A DNA stretch of 39,907 nucleotides from assembly GCA_003525885.1 (NCBI GenBank), contig DQIG01000296.1, forward strand, positions 736 through 40,642. Direction: 5' to 3'. Source of the DNA: Stenotrophomonas sp. (GTDB lineage Bacteria > Pseudomonadota > Gammaproteobacteria > Xanthomonadales > Xanthomonadaceae). Positions within the stretch are counted from its first letter, which is position 1. Every line of letters starts with the position of its first letter. Shown piece by piece: positions 8,305 through 18,826 of the stretch. The notes below the pieces were generated by a model. That model saw nothing but the letters and a program-made list of their open reading frames with translations, was not told the origin of the DNA and ran no database searches. A program made the translations under genes and the position numbers.

Positions 8305-9093
8305 TCAGCCGGCGCAGTGCTGCTGGGTGAAGCCGAGCAGCTGGCGGATGGCCTGGGTGCCGTACGCGGCCGGTGCCGGTTCGAGGGCGAACTGGCCGAC
8401 CATCTGGTTGCTGCACAACTGCACGTTGCGCTTGCCAGCGGTGGTTTCCTGGGTGCAGTTGGCCGCCAGCAGGGCGTTGGGGCCGCCGCCCATGTTGGTG
8501 GCGGCCGTGCAGCCCAGCAGGCGGCCCTCCTGGCCGTTTTCACCCAGCAACGCGTTGAAGGCCGCCAACTGGCTGTTGGGGTCGCGCAGGACCAGCGTGT
8601 CCACGCACTGCTGCTGGCCGTCGGGCACTTCGCAGGCGTCCTGGTCGACCAGGCCGTCACGCGTGGCGGACAGCACCTTGAGGCGGTCGGCAAACACCTG
8701 CTGCAGGCACTGTGCGTCGCTGCACAGGTCGCGCGTGTGCTGGATCCAGCGCTGCTGCTCGGCCTGCAGCCTGGTGTGGCCAGCGCTGTCCAGGGTTGCC
8801 TGTGCGGCAGCCAAGGCCTTGCCCAGGTCCGCGTCCAGGCCGGACAGGGCCGGGTCCTTGCAGATCAGGGTCTGTACCGGCGACGCCGCATCGGCGCAGG
8901 CCCCGCTCCTGTCGCTTGCCGTCGCCGGCACGTTGGCGGCCTTGCTGTCGGCGCCGGCCTGTCCGGTGGCCGCTGTCGGCGCGGTGGCCCCGGCGTCGCT
9001 GGAAGGCGGGGTGCAGGCGGCCAGCAGGGCCACCCAGCACAGGGTCATCAGGGGCTTCATGGCCCGGGTCAGTCGTTCACGGTTGCGCGGCAT
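8305..9093 (-). CDS. Lipoprotein with an LprI/DUF1311-like lysozyme-inhibitor domain; putative cognate immunity protein (alternative start 9060)
   Basis: Lipobox LLAA-C; LICKDPALSGLDADL...LQAEQQRWI..RD.C.DAQCL...F.DRL is LprI-like; second Cys-rich domain; directly upstream of and co-oriented with the effector. Confidence 0.82.
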   Translation of the reverse strand: MPRNRERLTRAMKPLMTLCWVALLAACTPPSSDAGATAPTAATGQAGADSKAANVPATASDRSGACADAASPVQTLICKDPALSGLDADLGKALAAAQATLDSAGHTRLQAEQQRWIQHTRDLCSDAQCLQQVFADRLKVLSATRDGLVDQDACEVPDGQQQCVDTLVLRDPNSQLAAFNALLGENGQEGRLLGCTAATNMGGGPNALLAANCTQETTAGKRNVQLCSNQMVGQFALEPAPAAYGTQAIRQLLGFTQQHCAG

Positions 9094-9223
9094 GTCCTGT
9101 CCTTTGGTATCTGCGTCCCGGCGCATGGCCTGCGGGTGGCAGCCCATGGGGGCGTAGAGCCTAGCAAGCGCCTTCTTAGGGCTCTGTGACAGGCCGCGCG
9201 GATCCGTGGTCGGGCACCACAAT

Positions 9224-9254
9224 GCAGAACGGGCGCCCGAAGGCGCCCGTTCTG
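9224..9254 (-). terminator. UUCG-loop hairpin downstream of ahcY; right copy of the 27-bp direct repeat
   Basis: Minus strand CAGAACGGGCGCC-TTCG-GGCGCCCGTTCTG, a perfect 13-bp stem. Confidence 0.7.
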
Positions 9255-9269
9255 TCTGCATCCGTTGCT

Positions 9270-9342
9270 GGGGTCCGGGCCCTTCCCTGCGGAAAGGGGT
9301 CCGACCCAGCGCATGCGGGTAGTGCCGGCCGCTGGCCGGCAC
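9270..9342. repeat. GGGGTC palindromic repeat (9270-9307) plus a GTAG REP (9318-9342)
   Basis: ggggtccgggcccttccctgcggaaaggggtccgaccc is close to the reverse complement of 39203-39241; ggtagtgccggccgctggccggca is identical to copies at 16543 and 17161. Confidence 0.8.
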
Positions 9343-9353
9343 CGCGCACGGCA

Positions 9354-10799
<1,446 letters not shown>

Positions 10800-10840
10800 T
10801 CGTGTGCTCCGGTTGTGGGCGAGCGGGTGCTCGCATCTAG

Positions 10841-10918
10841 CCGGGCGCCGTTGTTACAAAGCCACCTCACCGAGCCTGGCCGGGCCTCATGGGATCCGGT
10901 CGCAGCGCCCCTCGGCAG
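10841..10918 (-). ncRNA. SAH riboswitch
   Basis: Minus strand CCGAGGGGCGCTGCGAC...CCAGGCTCGG...CAACGGCGCCC has the P1 pairing (CCGAG/CTCGG) and pseudoknot pairing (GGGCGCTG/CGGCGCCC) of the SAH aptamer, in the ahcY leader. Confidence 0.92.
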
Positions 10919-10930
10919 GGGAGAACCCCC

Positions 10931-10963
10931 ATTATATCGCGGCCCCGGCATGACATCCGGATG
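10931..10963 (-). promoter_or_regulatory. ahcY promoter: TATAAT -10 (10931-10936) and CATCCGGATG palindrome (10954-10963)
   Basis: Perfect -10 hexamer immediately 5' of the riboswitch; the palindrome resembles the core of the metF motif. Confidence 0.55.
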
Positions 10964-11039
10964 ACCCAACCATCGGCAGGTGGGCGGGCGTGCACGGCCT
11001 GTTAAGGTCGGTGTTTTCACGCATCACACAGGTGGAACG

Positions 11040-13556
11040 ATGAGCATGCACGCGCGCCGTACGCGGCGCTGGACCGGCCTGGTCCTGTCGATGGGACTGC
11101 TGGCGGTGGCCCCGCTGGCCTGGGCGGTGACCCCGCAGCCCGCTGCAGCGCAGGCCCAGGGCGTCAACGGCTATGAACTGCCTTCGGCGGCGCTGCAGGC
11201 GGTGGTCGATGCACCGCGCGCGCCGTCGTTGTACCTGTCGCCACGCCGCGACGTCGCCGCATTGATGCAGATGCCGTCGCTGCCGTCGATCCAGGTGGTG
11301 GCGCAGCCGGAACTGAAGCTGGCCGGCCTCCGCATCAACCCGCGCACGTTCTCCGACAGCCGCTTCAGCTTCGGCGAGAAGCTGTGGCTGATGAACGTGG
11401 CCGATGGCAAGGAACGGCCGATCGGCGGCCTGCCGTCCAAGCTGTCGATCGCCAGTGTGATGTGGTCGCCGGACCAGAAGTGGCTGGCCTTCAACCAGGT
11501 CGACGCCGCCAGCGGCGCCAACGAACTGTGGCTGGTGGACGTGGCCGGTGGCAGTGCCCGCCGGCTGGTTGCCGGGCTTAACACGGTGATCGGCAGCGGT
11601 TACCAGTGGCTGCCGGACAGCCGCGGGCTGGTGGTGTTCACCCGCCCGGCCAACCTCGGCGCCGCCCCGGCCGCCGACGGCATCCCGACCGGACCTGCGG
11701 TGCAGCAGACCAGCCAGGGCGGCGGCGTCGTGTCGATCCGCACCTATCAGGACCTGCTGAAGAACGAGGCCGATGCGCGCCAGTTCGACTACTACGCCAC
11801 CACACAGCCGGTGGAAGTCAGCCTGGACGGCACCACCCGCGCGATCGGTGCGGCCGGCATCTTCATGGGCTTCTCGGTGTCGCCCGACGGCCGATTCGTG
11901 CTGCGCCAGCCGGTGCAGCGTCCGTATTCCTACGTGGTGCCGGTGGGCAGCTTCCCGCGCCGCATCGAAGTGATCGACCGTGCCAGCGGCAAGTTGGTGC
12001 ACACCGTGGCGGTGCGACCGCTGGTGGAAGGCCTGCCGACCGGCAACGACGCCGAAGTGACCGGTGTGCGCGACATCAGCTGGCGCGGTGATGCCGAAGC
12101 GACCCTGGTCTGGGCCGAAGCGCAGGATGGTGGCGACCCGAACAAGGACGCCAAGGTGCGCGATGCGGTGCTGATGCAGGCCGCGCCCTTCGACAAGCCG
12201 CCGGTGACGCTGGCCCAGCTTGGCAGCCGCCTGGCCGGCATCAGCTGGGGCCGCGGTGACCTGGCCCTGCTGACCGAATCCTGGTGGAAGACCCGCAAGA
12301 CCAGGACCTGGCTGATCGCCCCGGACAACGCCAGCGCCGAACCGCGCCTGCTGTGGGACCGCGATGCGCAGGACCGCTATGCCGATCCGGGCCGGCCGCT
12401 GCTGGCCAGTGATGAGCGGGGCCGTTCGCTGCTGCAGACCAGCCCCGATGGCAGCAGCCTGTACCTGGCCGGTGCCGGCGCTTCGCCGGAAGGCGATCGT
12501 CCGTTCGTGGATCGCTTCGACATCGCCACGGGCAAGGCAACGCGCCTGTTCCACTCGCAGGCGCCGAGCTATTCGCTGCCGGTGGCATTGCTGGACAACC
12601 AGGGCAGTTCGCTGCTGCTGAGCCGCGAGAGCCCGGACGAGCCGGCCAACTTCTACGTGCAGTCGCTGGCCGATGCAGGTACCGCAGCGCGCGCGCTGAC
12701 CCACTTCGCCCATCCGCTGCCGCAGTTGAAGGGCGTGCAGAAGGAGCAGATCCGCTACAAGCGCAAGGACGGCGTCGACCTGACCGCGACCCTGCTGCTG
12801 CCGCCGGGGTACGACCCGAAGCGCGATGGCCCGCGCCCGCTGCTGATGTGGGCCTACCCGGGTGAGTTCAAGAGTGCGGCTGCGGCCAGCCAGGTGACTG
12901 ATTCGCCGTACCGCTTCAACGCGGTCAGTTACTGGGGCCCGCAGGCGTTCCTGGCCAAGGGCTACGTGGTGCTGGCCAGTCCGTCGATGCCGATCATCGG
13001 TGAGGGCGACAAGGAGCCGAACGACACCTATATCGAACAGCTGGTGGCCAACGCGCAGGCGGCGGTGGACGAAGTGGTGCGTCGTGGCGTGACCGATCGC
13101 GATCACATCGCCATTGGCGGCCACTCCTACGGTGCGTTCATGACCGCCAACCTGCTGGCACACACCCGCCTGTTCAAGGCCGGCATCGCACGCAGCGGCG
13201 CTTACAACCGCACGCTCACGCCGTTCGGCTTCCAGGCCGAGGAGCGCAACTACTGGCAGGCGCAGGACGTCTACCAGAAGATGGCGCCGTTCAATTACGC
13301 CGACAAGATCAAGGATCCGATCCTGTTCATCCACGGCGTGGACGACAACAACTCCGGTACGTTCCCGATCCAGAGCGAGCGCATGTTCGCCGCGGTGAAG
13401 GGCCTGGGTGGTACCGCGCGGCTGGTGATGCTGCCGAACGAATCGCATGCCTACCGCGCACGCGAATCGATCATGACCATGCTGGCCGAGAGCGAGCGCT
13501 GGCTGGAGCAGACCATCGGCCCGGCCGAGCAGGGCAAGGCGAAGAAGAAGCGCTGA
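11040..13556 (+). CDS. Exported S9 (prolyl oligopeptidase clan) serine peptidase, glutamyl-peptidase-like
   Basis: Signal peptide, beta-propeller repeats (WSPD, WLPD, SPDG), GGHSYGAFM nucleophile, HGVDDNNSG Asp region, ESHAY His. Confidence 0.93.
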   Translation: MSMHARRTRRWTGLVLSMGLLAVAPLAWAVTPQPAAAQAQGVNGYELPSAALQAVVDAPRAPSLYLSPRRDVAALMQMPSLPSIQVVAQPELKLAGLRINPRTFSDSRFSFGEKLWLMNVADGKERPIGGLPSKLSIASVMWSPDQKWLAFNQVDAASGANELWLVDVAGGSARRLVAGLNTVIGSGYQWLPDSRGLVVFTRPANLGAAPAADGIPTGPAVQQTSQGGGVVSIRTYQDLLKNEADARQFDYYATTQPVEVSLDGTTRAIGAAGIFMGFSVSPDGRFVLRQPVQRPYSYVVPVGSFPRRIEVIDRASGKLVHTVAVRPLVEGLPTGNDAEVTGVRDISWRGDAEATLVWAEAQDGGDPNKDAKVRDAVLMQAAPFDKPPVTLAQLGSRLAGISWGRGDLALLTESWWKTRKTRTWLIAPDNASAEPRLLWDRDAQDRYADPGRPLLASDERGRSLLQTSPDGSSLYLAGAGASPEGDRPFVDRFDIATGKATRLFHSQAPSYSLPVALLDNQGSSLLLSRESPDEPANFYVQSLADAGTAARALTHFAHPLPQLKGVQKEQIRYKRKDGVDLTATLLLPPGYDPKRDGPRPLLMWAYPGEFKSAAAASQVTDSPYRFNAVSYWGPQAFLAKGYVVLASPSMPIIGEGDKEPNDTYIEQLVANAQAAVDEVVRRGVTDRDHIAIGGHSYGAFMTANLLAHTRLFKAGIARSGAYNRTLTPFGFQAEERNYWQAQDVYQKMAPFNYADKIKDPILFIHGVDDNNSGTFPIQSERMFAAVKGLGGTARLVMLPNESHAYRARESIMTMLAESERWLEQTIGPAEQGKAKKKR

Positions 13557-13568
13557 TACCTGCATGAG

Positions 13569-13593
13569 GGCGGCCCCTGCATCAGGGGCCGCC
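13569..13593 (+). terminator. Hairpin after the S9 peptidase
   Basis: ggcggcccctg...caggggccgcc stem; no strong U-tract. Confidence 0.5.
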
Positions 13594-13610
13594 TGTGCGG
13601 CTGCGCCGCC

Positions 13611-13683
13611 GCCCGAGCTTGGGCTCGGGCGCTACACGGTGTCACGCACCATGACGCTTGTAGAGCCGAGCCCATGCTCGGCT
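13611..13683. repeat. Two GTAG REPs in opposite orientation
   Basis: gcccgagcttgggctcgggcgctac and gtagagccgagcccatgctcggct. Confidence 0.8.
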
Positions 13684-13793
13684 GCGTCCGCCATGGATAC
13701 GTGCAGATGAAACCATTTTTGCATCGCAGCACGACGCCCGTTCTGGTTTAGGCTTGGGGTCTGGATCCGTTGACCGAGGCCTGTGCGTCGCCG

Positions 13794-16505
13794 ATGAACG
13801 AGTACCGCAGCAGCATCGAGTTTGCTTCTCCCGATCTTCCGCTTCGCGATGACGTGCGCCGGCTTGGCGCGCTGGTCGGTGACCTGCTGGTTGAACAGGT
13901 GTCCGCCGCGTTTCTCGACGACGTCGAAGACGTGCGCACCCGGGCCATTGCCCGCCGCGAGAACCAGGCGCCGCTGTCGGAGCTGGCAGAAGGCCTGGCC
14001 GGACGCACTCCGCAGCAGGCCGAGACCATGGTGCGGGCCTTCAGTACGTATTTCCAGGTGGTCAACATCGCCGAGCGCGTCCATCGCATTCGCCGCCGCC
14101 GTGACTACCAGCGTGCCGGTACCGCAGGCGCACAGCCCGACGGCCTGCAGGATGCGCTGCAGCACCTGAAGGCACAGGGCGTGGGCCTGGACGAGCTGGC
14201 GCAGTGGCTGCCGCGCATCGATATCGAACCGGTGTTCACCGCGCACCCGACCGAAGCCGTGCGCCGCGCGCTGCTGGAGAAAGAGCAGCTGATGGTGGCC
14301 AGCCTGGTCGACAACCTCGACGGCCAACGCACGCCGGGTGAGGCCGCTGCCGATGCTGCGCGATTCCGCATGGCGCTGACCGCCTCGTGGCAGACCACCG
14401 ATTCCTCGCCGGTGCGGCCCACCGTGGATGACGAGCGCGAACATGTCGGCTTCTATCTGGTGCAGGTGTTGTACCGGGTGATTCCGGTGCTGTACGAATC
14501 GCTGCAGCAGGCGCTGCGCGATACCTACGGCAAAGAACTGCCACTGCCGCGCCTGCTGCGTTTTGGCACCTGGGTGGGCGGAGACATGGACGGCAACCCG
14601 AACGTGGATGCCCACACCATCCGCAATACGCTGGATGCGCAGCGGCAGGCAGTGCTGGGGCGCTACCAGAAGGAACTGCTGCAGCTGGCCAGCCTGCTAA
14701 GCCAGTCCACCGAGCGGGTGGGCGTGAGCGATGCGCTGCAGGCGCGCGTGGCACGCTACCAGCAGCTGCTGCCGCAGGTGCAGTCGCGCCCGCGCCATGC
14801 CGACATGCCGTACCGCCTGCTCAATGACCGCATGCGCGCACGCCTGCAGGCGACGCTGGATGATGGCGAGGGCGCCTACGCCGGCCCCGCTGAACTGATC
14901 GACGACCTGCAGCTGATCCTCGACAGCCTGCGCGCCAATCGCGGCGAACATGCCGGCGGCTTCGCCGTGCAGCGCCTGCTGTGGCGGGTGAAGACCTTCG
15001 GCTTCCATCTGGCGCGGTTGGATGTGCGCCAGGAATCGAGCATGCATGCGCGCGCACTGGCTGCCGTGCTGGGCGGCGAAGAAAGCTGGCAGGCGCTGGA
15101 TGCGCTGGGTCGTGCGCGCCTGCTGGGCCCGCATGCCAGCGGGGAAGACACGCTGCCCAATGGCGATGATGAGGGCAACCAGCGGCTGGATGCGGTGTTC
15201 GCTGCGCTGGCCGATGCGCGCGCGCGGCATGGCAGCGATGCACTGGGCAGCTACATCATCTCGATGGCGCACGACCGCAGTGACGTGCTGGCGGTGCTGG
15301 CGCTGGCGCGCCGTGGCGGCCTGGTGGAAGAGAGTGGGGCGGTGCCGTTGGACATCGCCCCATTGTTCGAGACCGTGGATGACCTCAAGCGCGGCACCGC
15401 GACCCTGCGTGACCTGCTGGCCGACCCGATCTATCGCGCGCACCTGCAAGCACGCGACGACGTACAGATGGTGATGCTGGGTTATTCGGACAGCAGCAAG
15501 GACGGTGGCATTGCCGCCTCGCGCTGGGGCCTGCAGCGCGCGCAGGTAGAGCTGCTGGAGGTGGCGGCCGAGGCTGGCATCCGCCTGACCTTCTTCCATG
15601 GCCGTGGCGGCTCGATCAGCCGTGGCGGTGGCAAGACCACGCACGCGGTCGATGCGTCGCCGCGTGGCAGCATCGATGGCCGCCTGCGGGTGACCGAGCA
15701 GGGCGAGGTGATCCATCGCAAGTACGGCATCCGTGCGCTGGCCCTGCGCTCGCTGGAACAGGCCACCGGCGCGGTGCTGCGCGCCAGCCTGCGCCCGCGC
15801 GCCGCCGAGCCGCGCGAGGATGACTGGCGGCCGGTGATGGACGTGGTGTCCGCTGCCAGCAGCGAGGTTTACCGTGGCTTCGTCGGCCAGGCCGGCTTCA
15901 TGGACTACTTCCGTACCGCCACGCCGATCGATGTGATCGAACGGATGACGTTGGGCTCGCGGCCGTCGCGCCGGCTCGGCCAGGACGCAGCGCTGGGCAA
16001 TCTGCGTGCGATTCCCTGGGTGTTCGCCTGGAGCCAGGCGCGTGCGGTGATTCCCGGCTGGTATGGCGTGGGCAGTGGCCTGCAGGCGGCGGTTGATGCC
16101 GGCCACGAACAGACCCTGCGCGACATGGCGCGAGACTGGCCGTTTTTCCGTACGTTCCTGGACGACATCGCGATGGTGCTGTCCAAGGGCGATATCACCA
16201 TCGCCGAGCAGTTCTCGCTGTTGTCGGGCGGACTGCACGAGCGTTTCTTCCCGCAGGTGCAGCGCGAACTGGAACTCACCCGGCACTGGCTGCTGGCATT
16301 GATGGACCAGCAGACGCTGCTGGACCACGATGCGCGATTGGCGCTGTCGATCCGCCTGCGCAATCCCTACGTCGATCCGATCAGCGTGCTGCAGGTGGAT
16401 CTGCTGCAGCGCTGGCGGGCCAGCGGGCGCGAGGATGACGATCTGCTGCGCGCGCTGGTGGCCTGCGTGAACGGCGTTTCGCAGGGCGTGCAGAACACGG
16501 GGTGA
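13794..16505 (+). CDS. ppc: Phosphoenolpyruvate carboxylase
   Basis: [55 protein letters not shown] and C-terminal QNTG. Confidence 0.98.
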   Translation: MNEYRSSIEFASPDLPLRDDVRRLGALVGDLLVEQVSAAFLDDVEDVRTRAIARRENQAPLSELAEGLAGRTPQQAETMVRAFSTYFQVVNIAERVHRIRRRRDYQRAGTAGAQPDGLQDALQHLKAQGVGLDELAQWLPRIDIEPVFTAHPTEAVRRALLEKEQLMVASLVDNLDGQRTPGEAAADAARFRMALTASWQTTDSSPVRPTVDDEREHVGFYLVQVLYRVIPVLYESLQQALRDTYGKELPLPRLLRFGTWVGGDMDGNPNVDAHTIRNTLDAQRQAVLGRYQKELLQLASLLSQSTERVGVSDALQARVARYQQLLPQVQSRPRHADMPYRLLNDRMRARLQATLDDGEGAYAGPAELIDDLQLILDSLRANRGEHAGGFAVQRLLWRVKTFGFHLARLDVRQESSMHARALAAVLGGEESWQALDALGRARLLGPHASGEDTLPNGDDEGNQRLDAVFAALADARARHGSDALGSYIISMAHDRSDVLAVLALARRGGLVEESGAVPLDIAPLFETVDDLKRGTATLRDLLADPIYRAHLQARDDVQMVMLGYSDSSKDGGIAASRWGLQRAQVELLEVAAEAGIRLTFFHGRGGSISRGGGKTTHAVDASPRGSIDGRLRVTEQGEVIHRKYGIRALALRSLEQATGAVLRASLRPRAAEPREDDWRPVMDVVSAASSEVYRGFVGQAGFMDYFRTATPIDVIERMTLGSRPSRRLGQDAALGNLRAIPWVFAWSQARAVIPGWYGVGSGLQAAVDAGHEQTLRDMARDWPFFRTFLDDIAMVLSKGDITIAEQFSLLSGGLHERFFPQVQRELELTRHWLLALMDQQTLLDHDARLALSIRLRNPYVDPISVLQVDLLQRWRASGREDDDLLRALVACVNGVSQGVQNTG

Positions 16506-16542
16506 AATGCATCCGCCGGGCATGGCCCGGCGAATTCGCAAT

Positions 16543-16621
16543 GGTAGTGCCGGCCGCTGGCCGGCAACCTCATGATGTCTGGCAGCACGTGCGAGGTTGC
16601 CGGCCAGCGGCCGGCACTACC
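16543..16621. repeat. Inverted REP dimer (REPIN-like) between convergent ppc and thioesterase genes
   Basis: ggtagtgccggccgctggccggcaacctc ... gaggttgccggccagcggccggcactacc, a perfect inverted pair. Confidence 0.9.
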
Positions 16622-16631
16622 GGTTTCGCGC

Positions 16632-17138
16632 TCATTCCTCCGGCGACGGCGGGTTCGACGCCAGCAGTTCCAGATGGCGCTGTTCCATTTCCTGGCGCAG
16701 CTGGCGGCGGATCTGCGCCGCGGCCTGGCGGCGCTTCTCGTCCGATGTCGCCGGCTGCAATGGCGGGACGGGCGTCGGACGGCCTTCCTCATCCACTGCC
16801 ACCATGGTGAAGAAGCAGCTGTTGGCGTGGCGCACGCTGCGCTTGAGGATGTCCTCGGCCACCACCTTGATGCCGATCTCCATCGACGAGGTGCCGGTAT
16901 GGTTCACCGAGGCCAGGAAGGTGACCAGCTCGCCCACCGCGATGGGCTGGCGGAACATCACCTGGTCCACCGACAGGGTGACCACGTAGCTGCCGGCGTA
17001 GCGGCTGGCGCAGGCGTAGGCGACCTGGTCGAGCAGGCGCAGGACTGCGCCGCCGTGGACCTTGCCGGAGAAATTGGCCATCTCCGGCGACATCAGCACG
17101 GTCATGGACAGCTGGTGGGTTTTCAGTTCGGTCGACAT
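16632..17138 (-). CDS. Hotdog-fold acyl-CoA thioesterase (YciA-like)
   Basis: ANFSGKVHGGAVLRLLDQVAYACA, VTLSVDQVMF..PI.VG, GTSSMEIG, FTMVAVDE.GRP. Confidence 0.93.
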   Translation of the reverse strand: MSTELKTHQLSMTVLMSPEMANFSGKVHGGAVLRLLDQVAYACASRYAGSYVVTLSVDQVMFRQPIAVGELVTFLASVNHTGTSSMEIGIKVVAEDILKRSVRHANSCFFTMVAVDEEGRPTPVPPLQPATSDEKRRQAAAQIRRQLRQEMEQRHLELLASNPPSPEE

Positions 17139-17160
17139 GGGGCGATTGTACCGGCAACCA

Positions 17161-17239
17161 GGTAGTGCCGGCCGCTGGCCGGCAACCGCGCGATAGCTTC
17201 CGGAGGCCACGAAAAAGCCGGCCAGCGGCCGGCTCTACC
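17161..17239. repeat. Inverted REP dimer
   Basis: ggtagtgccggccgctggccggc ... gccggccagcggccggctctacc. Confidence 0.88.
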
Positions 17240-17240
17240 G

Positions 17241-17271
17241 AAAAAGAGAAGGGCCGCTTGCGCGGCCCTTC
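17241..17271 (-). terminator. Rho-independent terminator of metK
   Basis: Minus strand GAAGGGCCGC-GCAA-GCGGCCCTTC followed by TCTTTTT. Confidence 0.85.
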
Positions 17272-17278
17272 GTCTGTC

Positions 17279-18490
17279 TTACTTCAGCTTCGCATCGGCG
17301 CGCAGGGCGGCGGCGCGGTCGGTCTTCTCCCAGGAGAAAGCCGTGGCGTTGACGGTCTCGCCTTCGCCGTTGAGGTAGCTGAACTCCTTCGGCTTGCGGC
17401 CGAAGTGGCCATAGGCCGCGGTCTGCTGGTACATCGGGTGCACCAGGTCCAGCATCTTGATGATGCCGTACGGGCGCAGGTCGAAGTGCTTGCGGATCAG
17501 CTTCTCGATCTTGTCGTCGCTGATCTTGCCGGTGCCGAAGGTGGTGACCGAGATCGAGGTCGGCTCAGCCACGCCGATGGCGTAGGAGACCTGCACTTCG
17601 CAACGGTCGGCCAGGCCGGCGGCAACCACGTTCTTGGCGACGTAGCGGGCCGCGTAGGCTGCCGAACGGTCGACCTTGGACGGGTCCTTGCCGGAGAAGG
17701 CACCACCACCATGACGGGCCCAGCCGCCGTAGGTGTCGACGATGATCTTGCGGCCGGTCAGGCCGCAGTCGCCCACCGGGCCACCGATCTCGAACTTGCC
17801 GGTCGGGTTGATGTGGAACTTGGTGCCCTTGTGCAGCCACTTGGCCGGCAGCACCGGCTTGATGATCTCTTCGCGGACGGCCTCGATGAGGTCCTTCTGC
17901 TTGATGCCCGGAGCGTGCTGGGTCGACAGGACCACGGCGTCGATGGCCGAGACCACACCGTTTTCATAGCGCAGGGTGACCTGGCTCTTGGCGTCCGGAC
18001 GCAGCCACGACAGCGGCGAGTTCTTCTTCTTGCGGATCTTGGCCTGCTGCTCGACCAGGCGGTGCGACAGGTGGATCGCGGCCGGCATGTAGCTGTCGGT
18101 CTCGTTGGTGGCGTAGCCGAACATCAGGCCCTGGTCGCCAGCGCCCATTTCTTCCGGCTTCTTGCGATCCACGCCCTGGGCGATGTGCGGCGACTGCTTG
18201 CCGATCAGGTTCAGCACGCCGCAGGTGGCGCCGTCGAAGCCGACGTCGGAGCTGTCGTAGCCGATGTCCGTGATGACCTTGCGGGTCAGCGCTTCCAGGT
18301 CGATCCAGGCGCTGGTGGTGATTTCACCGGCCACGATGGCAACGCCGGTCTTGACCATGGTCTCGCAGGCCACGCGGGCGCGCTGGTCCTGGGTCAGGAT
18401 CGCGTCCAGCACCGCATCGGAGATCTGGTCGGCAACCTTGTCCGGATGGCCTTCGGAGACCGACTCGGAGGTGAAGAGATAGCTGGACAT
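17279..18490 (-). CDS. metK: S-adenosylmethionine synthetase
   Basis: [62 protein letters not shown]. Confidence 0.98.
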   Translation of the reverse strand: MSSYLFTSESVSEGHPDKVADQISDAVLDAILTQDQRARVACETMVKTGVAIVAGEITTSAWIDLEALTRKVITDIGYDSSDVGFDGATCGVLNLIGKQSPHIAQGVDRKKPEEMGAGDQGLMFGYATNETDSYMPAAIHLSHRLVEQQAKIRKKKNSPLSWLRPDAKSQVTLRYENGVVSAIDAVVLSTQHAPGIKQKDLIEAVREEIIKPVLPAKWLHKGTKFHINPTGKFEIGGPVGDCGLTGRKIIVDTYGGWARHGGGAFSGKDPSKVDRSAAYAARYVAKNVVAAGLADRCEVQVSYAIGVAEPTSISVTTFGTGKISDDKIEKLIRKHFDLRPYGIIKMLDLVHPMYQQTAAYGHFGRKPKEFSYLNGEGETVNATAFSWEKTDRAAALRADAKLK

Positions 18491-18498
18491 CAGGCGTA

Positions 18499-18538
18499 AT
18501 ATCCCTTGATTCGGATGGAAAGATGGGCGCGAATGATA
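18499..18538 (-). promoter_or_regulatory. metK -10 (TATCAT, 18533-18538) and candidate operator ATC-N4-CATC-N2-AATC-N4-GAT
   Basis: Minus strand ATCTTTCCATCCGAATCAAGGGATAT; similar to the metF upstream motif. Confidence 0.55.
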
Positions 18539-18732
18539 CACGGGGTGCGCCGCCTGTGCATTGTGAACCTGTGCCGGTTGCCGGTGGTTAAGCCCGCGTA
18601 GGCCCAGCAGGGGCCGTCGTGACGGGATTGGGCCCCAGCCTCGAGGCCCAGTGTTCCACCAGCGTGACAACAGACGAGGAGGCTGCCGGCCCCGACCGCG
18701 CAGGCCGCGACGCCGCCCGCCAGGCCGCCCCT

Positions 18733-18772
18733 TCGTCATCGTTCTGCCCCGAAACCGCCATCTGGCTGCCGC
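18733..18772 (+). promoter_or_regulatory. Candidate Pho-box array (four heptamers at 11-bp periodicity)
   Basis: TCGTCAT-cgtt-CTGCCCC-gaaa-CCGCCAT-ctgg-CTGCCGC versus consensus CTGTCAT-N4 (5/7, 4/7, 5/7, 4/7). Confidence 0.45.
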
Positions 18773-18826
18773 CTGCCGGGCGCAGGCTGTCGGCCAATCC
18801 GGCCGCCGGGCATCAGTGGATCCGCC

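Noticed and set aside
11040..11120. Twin-arginine (Tat) signal on the S9 peptidase
   Set aside because: RR pairs are present (ARRTRRW) but lack the S/T-R-R-x-F-L-K context; more likely an ordinary Sec signal
10932..13565. 877-aa minus-strand ORF and similar long ORFs (9186-10964, 14697-16541, 34014-36821, 26108-27610, 28781-30292)
   Set aside because: Antisense shadows of well-supported genes, expected from high-GC codon bias; no recognisable motifs
16543..17239. Repeated palindromes as a CRISPR array
   Set aside because: Inverted GTAG REP dimers with no regular repeat-spacer periodicity and no cas genes
18540..18730. GC-rich stretch upstream of metK as a possible SAM riboswitch or tRNA
   Set aside because: No SAM-I/II/SAM-SAH consensus or cloverleaf with a TTC loop recognised, and the likely metK -10 lies downstream of it; an Infernal scan would settle this
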